Position numbers and translations under genes: made by a program
Part shown: piece after piece, positions 20,083-31,829 of the stretch
How the letters are laid out: the number at the start of each line of letters is the position of its first letter
Position numbering within the stretch: position 1 is the first letter of the stretch
Source of the DNA: Asterionella formosa
Taxonomy: Eukaryota
DNA length: 36,371 nt
NCBI GenBank assembly: GCA_002256025.1
Contig: NKIB01015351.1
Span: 1-36,371 of the forward strand
Reading direction: 5' to 3'
Notes under the pieces: model-generated
What the model was told of the DNA's origin: nothing
The model's input: only the letters and a program-made list of their open reading frames with translations
Databases searched by the model: none

Positions 20083-23000
20083 AAGATTTGTAAGAAGTTT
20101 AAATGTATATATAGTTGAACAGTTGCATAGTTTTAAACATGCTCATTATATGGCACATCCTGTGTATACTTAGCAACATCAATTTGATTATACATAATTA
20201 GAATATATACAATGCATGATGAGTTCAAAGTTTTCCACTACCTGTTGAGTTTTTTCAATTTGTTTTGTGTCAATTCTTGTACTCTATCTACAAGTCAGTG
20301 GCTGATTTAAATAAGCCCCTTAATAAACAGGAGTCATCACCAATTTTTTAAATGGTCGAAATCGTGCATACATGTATATAGACATATTGACCGAAATTCA
20401 TATGGCCTACCGGTAGTACTGTATACTTGCTGGGAATTATTTCTATCATGGAAATGCCACAATATTGCAGCGGAAAACTGAATATGCTCATGTGTTTAGG
20501 ATCATTTGATCATAATTTTAAGATCAAATAATCCTGATTCTTGAAAATAAATTTTGATCTTTCATTTTCTCATCAACGACACCGTTTATCATATGATCAA
20601 TATGTTATGATCAAAGGTATAGGATAAACAAATCAAAATTGATTGATTAAAGATCATAGTTTATACCGGTGTAGTTGCTCATGCATGCAACCCCTTCCCC
20701 CCCCCTGTATACAGTACGGAAGTGATAACCCCGAAGCTACCAAATTGGACTATCTTTTGTGCACCCTTGTTGTGTTTGTACTTGATTTCGCAGCTGTCAG
20801 CCAAGAGCAGCCATGGTAGTATGCCACCATTTATTGTCTATACGAGCTTCGAATGCGTTCAGCTATGATAACTTTTGCTCCCCCCCCCCTCCTTAACACT
20901 ATCTCACCACCCACTCTTGTCGTAGATTTTTCTTTATCCTTTGGCTTCACAGGCCCAGGTTACTCAATGCCTTCATCTGCAAGGAGTTCAGCCAATCAGG
21001 CCCACGTTGGCGTCAAGAAAACCTCAACCCCGATTTTCCTCACATGCTCCGCCCATTGACTTCTTCATTGATGAAGTCGAGGTAGCTGTATTGACGACAG
21101 CAGCTGGCGCAGGCTTGTGTATAGCTAGATTGATGATGCCGAAAGCATTGCTTCCTTTATGGGTAGGTACCTATTTGTCAACATTGTTTGGGTCAATCTA
21201 TTCTTGTTCCCGCAAGACCAGAAGCAATTATCCCTTTACTTCTCCTCCCAAGAACCTTCATTTCTCTTTCAAAATTGTCCTGATATTTGGAGAGCATTTT
21301 TTGGTTCCCTTTTGATTTTTCCACTGGTTTTGATCCCTTTTGCATGCAAGTCAAGAAACAAGCAACTCATTGAGATTTCTGGAGGTTTTGGTCAGTGGCA
21401 CCATTAAGCAAGTAACAATCAACAGATCATGGCGGCTGTTCTCCATTTTCTGTAGCAAGTGACATTCAAGGAGGGTCTGGGATGATAATTGGGGAGAAAA
21501 ATTAGTAGGATTCTCTGTGTTTGTCCCCGCCCGTTTGGCAGCCATTCTACGATTGCTTCCTCTCAATCAATACTAGCTAGTATAGCTAATGAAAACCGTA
21601 ATTAGATGAAATGTGACTTCCGGTTTCTAATATTTTATATTGTTGCACTACTGAAACTTGAATCCATAAATGGTTATTCAACTTGTGCTTCTTGCATTTT
21701 TGCAGTATAGACTGGCTGGTGTTCGATAGGCCAAAGTGTCTGCTTTTCGTGAACATCTACAAGGCACAAGTGCTTTTGTCGAGGTTTGTTTGTGTCAAAA
21801 TCCAACTGCTGCCATCCATTGAAATATTCCAGATACATCAAAGAATACGCTCCTGTCTTCAAAGGTAAGTAAATAGAACGATGACAAAGGAAATCTAATG
21901 AGACATGAAAATTACGAAACCAGAATCACTCTGTTACTATAAATAGACAGTCTCATGCTTCTTTGTGCATATCGCCTGCTATGCTGCGTTTCAATTCTAG
22001 ATGTATTACGTTCTTGTTAAAGAGACAATGTCATGGAGAAGTAGATTGTGCTGTTCTATAATGGATGTTGTTTAGCTATGATTGAGGTTGTAACACTGAT
22101 TGATGCTCTGGTGACAGACCGGCCGGAAATATTCGTCTTGTGTGATGAGGCATTTCGTTTTCATTGGATTTCTTTTCAAGCTCTTAACGGATTGCATTGT
22201 ACGAACATACTGTGCAATGTAGATGATGATTCATCGAAGACATATGATGACTTGAACGAGAAATGAAGATTTTATCACAAACACTCATTCCTCTCGACAA
22301 GGCTGGTTTGTCGTTGTTGCAAGAATCAGAGTGAGGACTGGCCAGGATGATGAGCCAAACCACATTACTCTAACTGGTACATTATCCTACCAAGAAATTT
22401 TAATAAAGGAACCTAAAAGAAACAATACATATAATAGTTAAATTTCCATAGTCAAAAGGGTTACTATTTAAATTACGAGGGCATTTATCAAAATTATTAG
22501 ATGATATAACGAAAAATTTTGATCAGATGATCATGATCCCATGATGCATCATGGAAATATGACGGTTTTTATTTGCAGACGTCAGCTATAGTCCAATAAG
22601 TCAAATGTTGCGTTCCCATGTCAAGAAGCTTGCTAATGAGATTGATGTCTTAGATCAATCAGAAGAAGGTTTACATCAACAAAAAGGGAACACGAAGAAC
22701 AGGTTCTTGAAGTGTGATGAATGGGATTGAAATCAGTTACCTGGTAGTAAATTCATATACCGGTACCAGGTACCAGTAAATACCATGACACACCTCTAGC
22801 ATCGAAGTACCTTCGACAGAATTACCATCTTGTCCATTTCCTCTTTCTCCATCTGTCTATTGAGTAGGATCATACTAGGGACGTCATAGGAATAAGACTA
22901 ATGCGAACCGTAGACTAATAGAATAGCGATCCAAGAATCAGCTAAATATCGTTAATGGCATTTTGAGTTTGTTGCTAAGTAACATGTCCCATTCCCAAAC

Positions 23001-23824
23001 TCCGGGTTTGGTCCGTGTCCTTCCTCCGGGTTCTGCGGCAGTCGAGTTGCACTCAGCCATGTGGGGGACTTAAGGTGGGTGATTTACTAGACTATAAATT
23101 GCAAAAGGCTTGGCGATGCTTTTAGACTGCTTCTTTGAATCATGCTTTGTCCCTCTAAATATTTCACTGAAGATAACCTCGCATGGTTGCTCTTGTCTTC
23201 CCTTGTCTTAGCTGCCAACTCTTGGTTGTTCGATTCAACTATAAAAGCTAGAACTTGATAGTCATGTTGTCACTATAATAATGCCTCAGCTTCGACACCT
23301 TCGATTCGATTGCGAGTTTATTTTTAGTAGGGGCTTGCTTGGCATGGCCCCATAGCGTCCGTCCTTGTCTGTAAAATAAAAGTATGCATTCGCATGATGG
23401 TTGTCTCGTCATCATGATAAGTGTGATAAACACCCTTTGAAGGAGCACCGGTCGCTCGTATGTAGTAAAGAATAAGCCGGAGTACGGTACCGTCCAGGTA
23501 CGTTTATTAAAAATTCATAGCCAATCCTAGCCACAGGTAAACAGCACATACACAATAAGATAGTAAGTATTCTTCGTATCCATGAACCCGATATAATTTT
23601 ACCAGTAATTCATGTATGACCCGGTATACAGCATGACTACCTGGTACTTAGCTAGTTCTTATAATGCACTCCTCCAGACAGGCTTATTTTAGTCGCTTCC
23701 TTTTCTTGTCAATGCTTCTTGCTTTTGCTCTTCTTGTCGAATACGATATTATAATAACGCATGACCAATCTGCTGGTGCTTTCCACAGTATGAACAATTT
23801 CCTCCTTTTACATTAAAAGTCAAC

Positions 23825-26800
23825 ATGTTCATATCCAGCAACAAAAAGCGCAAGCTGACCGACAAGGAAGTGACGGTGTTGGAGCAACAGCGGATGGTTG
23901 CGGCCAGACTTGCCGCAGCCAACAGCAACAAGGCAACCCCCGTGATTGTCCCACCGCCGTCATCGAAACAAGCTGCGATGGTTCAAGCCAAGAATCAATC
24001 CGAAGCTATTCAAAAGGTATTTCAGCCGACAGACACGATGACGGCAACGACGAATATTCAGAAGAGGCCCGTCATTCGTAGCAAACAACAAACTCCTCCA
24101 ACTACAGCTGCTGCCGCATTGGCACAAGCCAGAGCACGGAATTATGCGTCAACGACGACGAAAGCAAAGCCAACAGAACAAACAAATGATGCAACACAGA
24201 ACGATAAACCGAAACCATCGCTCATATTGACACGTAAGAAAGGCTTGGCATCGTTATTGTCCGCATCGATGCAAACGACGATCGATGCGACAACGTTCTA
24301 TGGGGCTGTGGATCCTGAAGACTTTTGGAAGAATTTGAGGGATTGGGATGTTCTGACCGCCTATGTCAAAGAAGTTGGGGCCAACCAGCAATCTAGGGTA
24401 TCCAAAAACGAGAAGAACGAAGAAACTGATAGCAGAAGCAAGGCATTGCCAGATACATACATCTCACATCGCCACTACATCGCATCGTGGGCACCCCTGT
24501 GCTTGGCGGAATGCAGAGCACAAATGTTATCGGAGCTATTGCAAAATACAAAGACTGTATTTTATCCGGTATTGATTGAAACACCAAAATCGAATATCGG
24601 TTCGGCTATGGACAGTGCTGTCATTATTTGTAAAAGCAAGAATCGAGGACAGAGAAGTGACTTGCAATTCTACGCTAATGATTGTGTCGTTTTGATCCCA
24701 ACAGAGCATGTCGATCTCGTGCAACGCAACATGAAAGAGGGTGATACCGAAAAAAATATGAGGAAATATGGAATTCTAGGACATACCGAACACGCGCGGA
24801 AAGGAGTGGATGGATTACAGTTGAAGGTGTCCAAAAAGCACTGGGCAAAAGTTGGTGGAACGGAAATGAGCATTTGGAAGATCGGGAGCAATATTACCGC
24901 ATGGCGTGAATTCACAGCGCTGTGTCGGGTGGAATCCATTCCATTGACACGATATTTGTTAGGTCAACAATTGGATGGCTCCCAGCCAGAACAGCAACAA
25001 TTGGCGTCGACAACTAAGACTCAATTACTAGAAAAGATGGGTGGAACAACTGCGCTTGGCAAGGGATTTACCGCGTATGCTAATGCTAAATTCAATCAGT
25101 CTCAGCTCCTTGCTATATCTGCGGCTGCAATGGAGTATGGCAATGGTGGTTTTACTCTTATCAAGGGTCCTCCCGGAACTGGAAAGTAAGTCACTTTAGC
25201 CGGAGAGGGAAGCAATTCGTCAATGCCGAGAAGCTCACACAATATATCACAAAAGGACCACCACACTTGTAGCTGTGTTGAATTCGTTGCATATTCGGCA
25301 GTTCAATAAGTATTACGACGAAGTGAGACGGATTGCTGCCATGACAACGACGAATCGAAAGGTGGCACTTGGAAATGCAGTGCGAGCCAAGCCGCGATTA
25401 TTGGTGTGTGCGCCATCGAATGCAGCCGTCGATAATATTATTTTGAAAATCATGGAAGATGGCTTCGTGGACGGAGCTGGACAGCGGTACAATCCTAGCA
25501 TGATTCGAGTTGGTGTAGGACAGAGTCTGACAGTCAAGGATGTTGGATTGGAACTTCAAGTAGATTCGATCCTTGAGGAACATCTCGATCTGGCCAAACT
25601 TGATTCGAGTGTCGCTGGATACAAGATGGAGTTGCAGAGAATTCAGTCGGATATTGCACGACTACGCCTACGGGTCCATGCATTGGCCAATGCGTCGCCA
25701 TGGCCTCTCAGTAAGGATTGGGAGATTAGAATTGATGAACCAACGTTTGAGGAGACTAAGCGGGTCTACTTTGTCAATCATAAGGAGAAAACAACTTCAT
25801 TTGAATGCCCTCCGCCTCCTGAGCCAGGTGAGACCCACTTTCTAGCTACCGCCATGCCAGAGTATCGTAGTTACATGGGTCGGATTGTGAAATTGGTCGA
25901 AAGTTACAACAGTGTGACGTCGAAATTAGAAAGATGTACAATTGTTCAGTCCGGCCATAATGGAGTTGGCGCTTTTCAAGTAAGACAACATTTGGAAACA
26001 CATATCCTTGACAATGTACATATTGTCATGACAACTTTAGGCACTGCTGGTAATCGAGTATTGGAGGCGTCATCGAAATTTGAAGTAGTTGTGGTGGACG
26101 AAGCTGCTCAATCTGTGGAGCCAGCGACCTTGTCAGCGCTGCAACTTGGATCGAAACATGCTATCCTTGTAGGAGATCCTCAACAGCTACCCGCTACAAT
26201 TTTTAGTGTATCTGGCAAGACTACAAAATATGATCGGTCACTCTTTCAACGCCTCGAAGAATCCGGTCACAAGGTCTACATGCTCAATGAACAATATCGG
26301 ATGCATCCTGCTATTTCTCATTTTCCCAGAAAGATTTTTTATGACGGCAATCTTCTAGATGGACCAAATGTAAAGAATCCTGAATACGGAAATCCGTTGA
26401 GACAAATTATTATGTCTCGAGCAAAGGCGTTCCAACCCTTCACTATCTTGGACTTGGATTCCACTGAAGAAAGAGGTGGGACTTCCCTGGCTAACTCAGC
26501 TGAAGCTCATTTGGCTTGTTATATGTACACTGCACTCCGAAAGTTGACGAATGGATTGTCGACTAAAACTAAAGTGGCAGTAATAACACCGTACTCACAG
26601 CAAGTGAAACTGTTGCGACAGTTATTTTCAGATTTGCTTGGTGAGAGCCAATACAAGAACTTGGTAGAGATCAACACAGTGGATGCTTTTCAGGGCAGAG
26701 AAGCTAATATTGTCATATTTAGTGCAGTAAGAGCCGGATCTGGCAAGAGTATCGGGTTCTTGAGTGATGTTCGTCGAATGAATGTTGCATTGACTCGAGC

Positions 26801-27245
26801 CAAGCATTTCCTATTTGTTATTGCCAGATGTGCTTCCATCGTGGTAAACCCGTACTGGCGAGATCTAGTGGAGCATGCCAAGGAGACACACGCCGTAGTG
26901 CCGGTTCCAATGACACATGACCGAGGTCGGGGCGCAAAGCCTTCATTTCCTGCTTTGGATGAATTAGAGGCCGTTGGCGCCGTACCAAAGGCCCCTTCGC
27001 TCCCACGTGCGCCGACAATATTACCTTCAGACCCTAGACGATCATCCACACCCGCAACAATTCCTTCTACTATGCGTCCCAAACCTTTTTCATCCCATGA
27101 CCCGCGAAAGGAAGGAAGGGGTTATTGTGCTGCTCCTCCACCTCCTCCTCCACCACCACCTCCTCCCCCTCGCATTGCCAAGCCTCCCCCCTCTGATCCA
27201 AGGCAGGTGAAACAGAAACCAACTGATCCTAGGAAAATGGTATGA
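23825..27245 (+). CDS. Sen1/senataxin-like (UPF1-like SF1) helicase with WW-like insertion (exons 23825-25185 and 25256-27245; about 1116 aa)
   Basis: FNQSQ..AI, LIKGPPGTGK|TTT across the 70-bp GT..AG intron, LLVCAPSNAAVD, VVVDEAAQ, LVGDPQQLPAT, SLFQRL, QYRMHP, VITPY..Q, TVDAFQGRE, RRMNVALTRAK. Confidence 0.9.
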
Positions 27246-27442
27246 AAATGGTTCTCATAGATTGATCGACTAGGAAGGGCAGAGAAGTGAGGGTGCGAAA
27301 GATCATAATCTACTGAGCTATATAACCATCCGATGAGCAGTTTTTAAAGGAGTACTAATGGTCTATTACTGGTACTCGGTGATACCGGTAGTCTAGGTCT
27401 TTATCAGTACGTCCTTTTATCTTTATTAGTGTTGTCTCACAC

Positions 27443-27660
27443 ATACCGGGTACCTGGTACCAGGTAGTACCTGGGGGGATATATTATAGGTTGTACCAGT
27501 ATACCAGGTAGCGGTACCTGGTACCGTAGTTACAGACTTCCAAATGATTTATTACGTGCTCTGTATACCGGTATACATCGGTGGTTTAGTTTTATATGGA
27601 GATAAATGTAACATATAATGGACTACCGGCACCAGGTAGGGTACCTGGTACCAGGTACCC
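27443..27660. repeat. Cluster of palindromic GGTACC(A/T) repeats, representative of a window-wide intergenic family
   Basis: Includes the perfect 22-bp palindrome GGGTACCTGGTACCAGGTACCC (27639-27660). Similar clusters at about 1391, 5389-5495, 8160, 14276-14425, 22759, 30389, 30672, 31909 and 36357. Confidence 0.85.
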
Positions 27661-27783
27661 AGCATACATCATCAAACATAAATTTTATTTTATTGTAAAT
27701 GAACGAAACTGAAACTGATAATCTCTACCATCAGCAGCCTGCTGCATGTTGTCCTTCTTGTATCCTATTAACAAGCACAGTAG

Positions 27784-29160
27784 ATGCCGAAAATCACCAA
27801 GACAATGAGCATTCAGCACTTGATGGGAAATGAGCAGACCTGCTCATGTCTATGGTCAAATCCGGTCCAGGCAAAGAATGGAATGATGTATTGCTTGCCA
27901 CGGCGACACACCCGAATTCTGAAAATCAATACAGCAACTAACCACGTTGGTTTTGTTGAGGGGTGTGTTCGTGAGCCAGAGAAAAATCAAGATGAGGGGG
28001 TTCATAGACAGGATTTATGGCCGTATGCTGCTTCGACAGGAAATGGTTGCATTTACGGATTCCCCCGCGGGGCAAAATCTGTATTAAAGTTTGACCCAAC
28101 CCAGGAAACCACTTCGTTCATCCCACTACTTGACTACCATCGCGATCGTGAGACTGGGATTCCTGTTCGTGGAAACGACGGACATTTCTATTTTATACCT
28201 CAAAACAGGGTGGTGCGATTGAACACAGAAAGTGACACGATGGAATACATTGGGGCGGCATTGTCGCCCAGAACAGAAGATCATGATTTTGGTCTGCATA
28301 CACTTGCATTCAATGGGAAGATTTATGGCAGATCTGGATTCGTCAACCAGTATTTCGTTGTGAATCCTTTAATAGGAGTCTCAAGCCTCATTGGTGAACC
28401 GTTACCAAGCGATCAAGGTGGGGATCCGTATGTAGAGGGCATCCAACACAACGACAACAAGGTCTACTTTGTACCATCTATGGATGTACTTGTTATCATC
28501 AATACAGAAACAGATGATCTCAAGGTGAAATACAAGCCCTTCAGCGATTATGAATGTGGACGAAAAATCTATGCTGCTGACAAGTGTTGCCGTGCTCCAA
28601 ACGGCAAGCACTATGATGTGCCAGGATATTCTGGTTTCGTTGTAGAGATTGACTTGACAAAGCCCTCGTTGAGGCACATTGGACAGCCCTATGGACAGTA
28701 CTTTGGAGCTCCACGAAGCCATGCACGTGCTACCCTTTTTCGTCCTTGGAGTAACATTCTTCTGGGGAAGGATGGTTGCTGCTATGGAATTCCCAACTCA
28801 GCAAGCCAAGTTGTTAGGGTGGATGGCAGGTTGGCTGAAGTCAAACTGGAACTTGTCGGGGAAAAATACCCCGATGACGAATGGGAGAGTGCTGCACTCG
28901 CTGACAATGGAAAGATATTTTGCATGCCAAAAAGTACTTCAGGAAACCTCTTAGTTGTTGACACCTCCAGATGGGTGCATGTGGGTGAACTCATCATGAT
29001 TCGAGCCTTGGTGGAGAAGGGACGAGCCACGCTGGATATTCAACTTTCGCATAAGAGACTTAGGAATAGTAATGCAAGTCATATTGTTGGAAGAATGTAT
29101 CGGTTTCTCTTTGTTGAATCGCCACGGGATATATTTGCTTTTGTGTTATCATACCTGTAA
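27784..29160 (+). CDS. Uncharacterised beta-propeller-like repeat protein with short C-terminal helical tail
   Basis: 458 aa with eight repeats of about 40-55 aa, consensus h...(N/D)G.hY.hP....hh.h(D/N) (e.g. TGNGCIYGFP, GKDGCCYGIP, ADNGKIFCMP). The tail reads LIMIRALVEKGRA...PRDIFAFVLSYL. Confidence 0.75.
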   Translation: MPKITKTMSIQHLMGNEQTCSCLWSNPVQAKNGMMYCLPRRHTRILKINTATNHVGFVEGCVREPEKNQDEGVHRQDLWPYAASTGNGCIYGFPRGAKSVLKFDPTQETTSFIPLLDYHRDRETGIPVRGNDGHFYFIPQNRVVRLNTESDTMEYIGAALSPRTEDHDFGLHTLAFNGKIYGRSGFVNQYFVVNPLIGVSSLIGEPLPSDQGGDPYVEGIQHNDNKVYFVPSMDVLVIINTETDDLKVKYKPFSDYECGRKIYAADKCCRAPNGKHYDVPGYSGFVVEIDLTKPSLRHIGQPYGQYFGAPRSHARATLFRPWSNILLGKDGCCYGIPNSASQVVRVDGRLAEVKLELVGEKYPDDEWESAALADNGKIFCMPKSTSGNLLVVDTSRWVHVGELIMIRALVEKGRATLDIQLSHKRLRNSNASHIVGRMYRFLFVESPRDIFAFVLSYL

Positions 29161-29565
29161 GAGGATTTGGGCTAATAGGGTTGCTGTTCTAAAATAAACA
29201 GCAGGGCAGTATCTTCGAAATGAGTTTTGTAAATTTTAGCAAAATTTCCACTGTGCAGGGTTTTATCGAATGAACCAGTTATGGTCATCAAGACGAAGTA
29301 GGTTTTCAGCTCAGCTGTTCATTGTTCTACACTGAAAGCCTGGGAACATTTGGTTCCGATAAATGACCTCGTGGAAAAGACATGACGGGAAAGGATGCTT
29401 GGAATACGTACGTAGTCCAGGACCTCAATTCATCCTCGGGACCTTCCTGGGTGCAACATCAACATCTAGTTTGGTTGCTGTAGTGTTGGTTGGGCTTATC
29501 CCAGCCCATACAACGGCATTTACTATAGTCGATCTAGTTATAGCGCAAGTCCTACTGTGCTCAAC

Positions 29566-30245
29566 TCACATTTTCTTTCGAAATATTCTTCGCCAAAATG
29601 AACGCTTTGCAGGGACCTCAACATTTGTCTCCACTTCAATATTTTCTTTACCCTCATCTGCTTTTTCTGGAACTGAGCTCTCGACAATCTTAGAATCTGC
29701 CTTGGCCTTTAGAGAAAAGTACTGCTCGCACAATTGCAAAATTTTGTCCTTTCTAATGGCACCTTCAAGGTGAGCCTTCAAGACCGCTTTGGGGACTTCG
29801 TCTCCTTCATTCGTATCCCAAAAGAGCAGAGTCGGCAAGTCGTCAATTCTATAGCGAGCAGCCATCATTTCCTCCTTTTCGGTATCAATCGTAACAAATC
29901 TGACATTCCCTTCTAATTGCTTGGCAGCGGCTTCGAATTCAGGACCAATTGTGACGCTAGGACCACACCTGACAATTAAAAATGGTGAGCGGGACGATTG
30001 GCGAATCATTTGATATCTGGGATTATATATTCGTACCATGTTGCAAATGCATCAACAACTAGAGGCATGTCCAAGTTACCCAAAATCTTCTCTAACTCTT
30101 TTCCCGTCACTTGTTTGGCAACTTTTTCGGTTGCAAAACGACTGGAGGATACAATATGACGAGACATGCCAATATATGGTTGAGTAAATGCTCCTGACGA
30201 TGCGGCAAGAAAAACGATTGCCAAGAAAGTCTTCATTGTTAGCAT
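29566..30245 (-). CDS. Plastid-targeted thioredoxin-like protein with WCGPS active site (exons 30245-30037 and 29968-29566; about 203 aa)
   Basis: Signal peptide ending SSGA|FTQP; PLVVDAFATW|CGPS across the 68-bp GT..AG intron 30036-29969; VRFVTIDTE...LPTLLF. Confidence 0.85.
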
Positions 30246-30788
30246 GGTTGGTCAGATTAGAATTAAGGGGTCTCTAGTAGTTGAAATGAGGAATGATTCA
30301 TGTGGGAAAGTTGGAGAACTTCGTAAATAAAATGGAGAAAAAGGTTACAAGTTCCGAGGAAAGAAAAATAAAGAAGCATAAAATCAACTACCGGTACCGG
30401 TACCTGGTACCAGGTACCCTGTATATCATCTAGTTTACGACAAAAGGCAGAGATATAATGAAGAAAAAATACATAAGTGAGCTGGGTATATGTAGTAGGT
30501 ATACATACGACTAGCACTAGACTACCTCTAAATCGTATGACAAGTAATACGTCACTAAATATGCTCACGTCACAAGTTGGGGAATATACGCACGTTCGAC
30601 TTGGCGTGGACAACAATTTCATGATCATGGCGCGCACCACAACAATGGCGGCGATGATAAGTTGTAACAGATACCAGGTACCGGTACTCCATATCTGGTG
30701 CCTGTACCCTGCGGTAGCCTACCTGTCACATTTGTACCGGCCCAAGGAGAACAAAATAGAGGCATAAATAGTTCTACCCTGGAGTGCT

Positions 30789-31412
30789 TTAATGCCATAA
30801 AGAGGAGGTCTTAAAGACAGCTCCTGTGTTCGAAAAGAAGTATGTCGAGCACAAATCCAATATTTTTTCCTTAGTAACAGGTCCCACAGACTTCCCCTTC
30901 AACATCGCTTTGGCATTAGAAGGCGCTCCATCTCCGTACTCGGGTTTGTATGCATCCCAAAAGAGCAAAGTCGGATAATCATCAATGTTGAGGCGCATGG
31001 CCATCATTTCTTCCATTTCAGTGTCTAAAGAAACAAATCGAACCTTGCCTTCCAATTCTTCAGCAGCAGCTTCGTATTCTGCTGCCATCAAATTGCAAGG
31101 GCCAGACCTAATAAGAAGATTGAACCTTGTAAGAATACAGTTAAAGGATAATGGGCGGCATAAGAATAAACGCGCAGTTCATGATTGATTTTTGGTCCAC
31201 GCAATTTCTTACCACTTTGCATATGCATTGACAACAAGAGGCATATCCCAATCTTCCATGACTCGCTCCAGTTCTTTGGCTGTAACATCTTCGGCGGCAA
31301 AAAGACGGGAAGAGTAAATTAGGTGAGAGGCACCGATAGGCTGTGGAGAAAAGGCCTGTGTTGATGCGACAATACAGAGAGCTGCCAAGGAGGTCTTCTT
31401 TATATTCCTCAT
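30789..31412 (-). CDS. Plastid-targeted thioredoxin-like protein with WSGPC active site (exons 31412-31213 and 31107-30789; about 172 aa)
   Basis: Signal peptide ending STQA|FSP; PLVVNAYAKW|SGPC across the 105-bp GT..AG intron 31212-31108 (same position as in the paralog); VRFVSLDTE...YPTLLFW. Confidence 0.85.
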
Positions 31413-31665
31413 GTTAGATCTGAGCTGCTGAGGTGAAAAAGATGAAGCGAGTGTGATCGATATTAGTAATCAATTGGTTGTTGATTGTGAGAATGGAAAG
31501 AAAACGACATTCATTTCCCTTTAAGGTGATACATACCATTAATTATTTTGCGAGAGATTGATGATACGACCACTTCAAACTTCAAATAATGAGCACAAAC
31601 TTGTGGTGACGTGATTCCTACGTCAGCAAGATCTTACGTCGCTCCCCTGATCATGAGGGTACCTC

Positions 31666-31750
31666 CAAGTTTAATTTTGCTTTAATTAAATATTTAGCTT
31701 TTTTTATCCCATATTAAATTGTTTATTCAAGCAAAATGAGTGCAATTTTG
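31666..31750 (-). repeat. Mini inverted-repeat element, family A (copy 3, reverse orientation, degenerate)
   Basis: aattttgc...aaatatttagctttttttatcccatatt...gcaaaatgagtgcaa is the reverse complement of the family A interior (atatgggataaa.aaagctaaa). Confidence 0.65.
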
Positions 31751-31829
31751 TTGGTATACCTCGTCCTGACTACCGGTACAGTAAAATACCGGCCGGTGCT
31801 GGTAGTTTATATATAGCAGAGTAACCTGT

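Larger units (their letters stand above)
18693..22581. mobile_element. Candidate degenerate TIR element (about 3.9 kb), possibly CACTA/CMC-like
   Basis: tgtctgtaaataaaaaatatcat (18693-18715) matches the reverse complement of 22559-22581 (cgtctgcaaataaaaaccgtcat) at 18/23. TC lies on both flanks and both subterminal regions are dense in TGATCA/ATCAT motifs. The interior is AT-rich and CpG-poor, with no intact ORF. Confidence 0.45.

Noticed and set aside
22980..23345. Possible RNase MRP/P RNA (AAGTCCCC on the minus strand, GGGGCTT on the plus strand)
   Set aside because: The two P4-like halves lie on opposite strands, and the other conserved regions were not found.
27443..27660. CRISPR-like or telomeric interpretation of the palindromic repeats
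   Set aside because: There is no constant repeat-spacer periodicity, no cas genes, and the context is eukaryotic. Units occur in mixed orientation, unlike telomere arrays.
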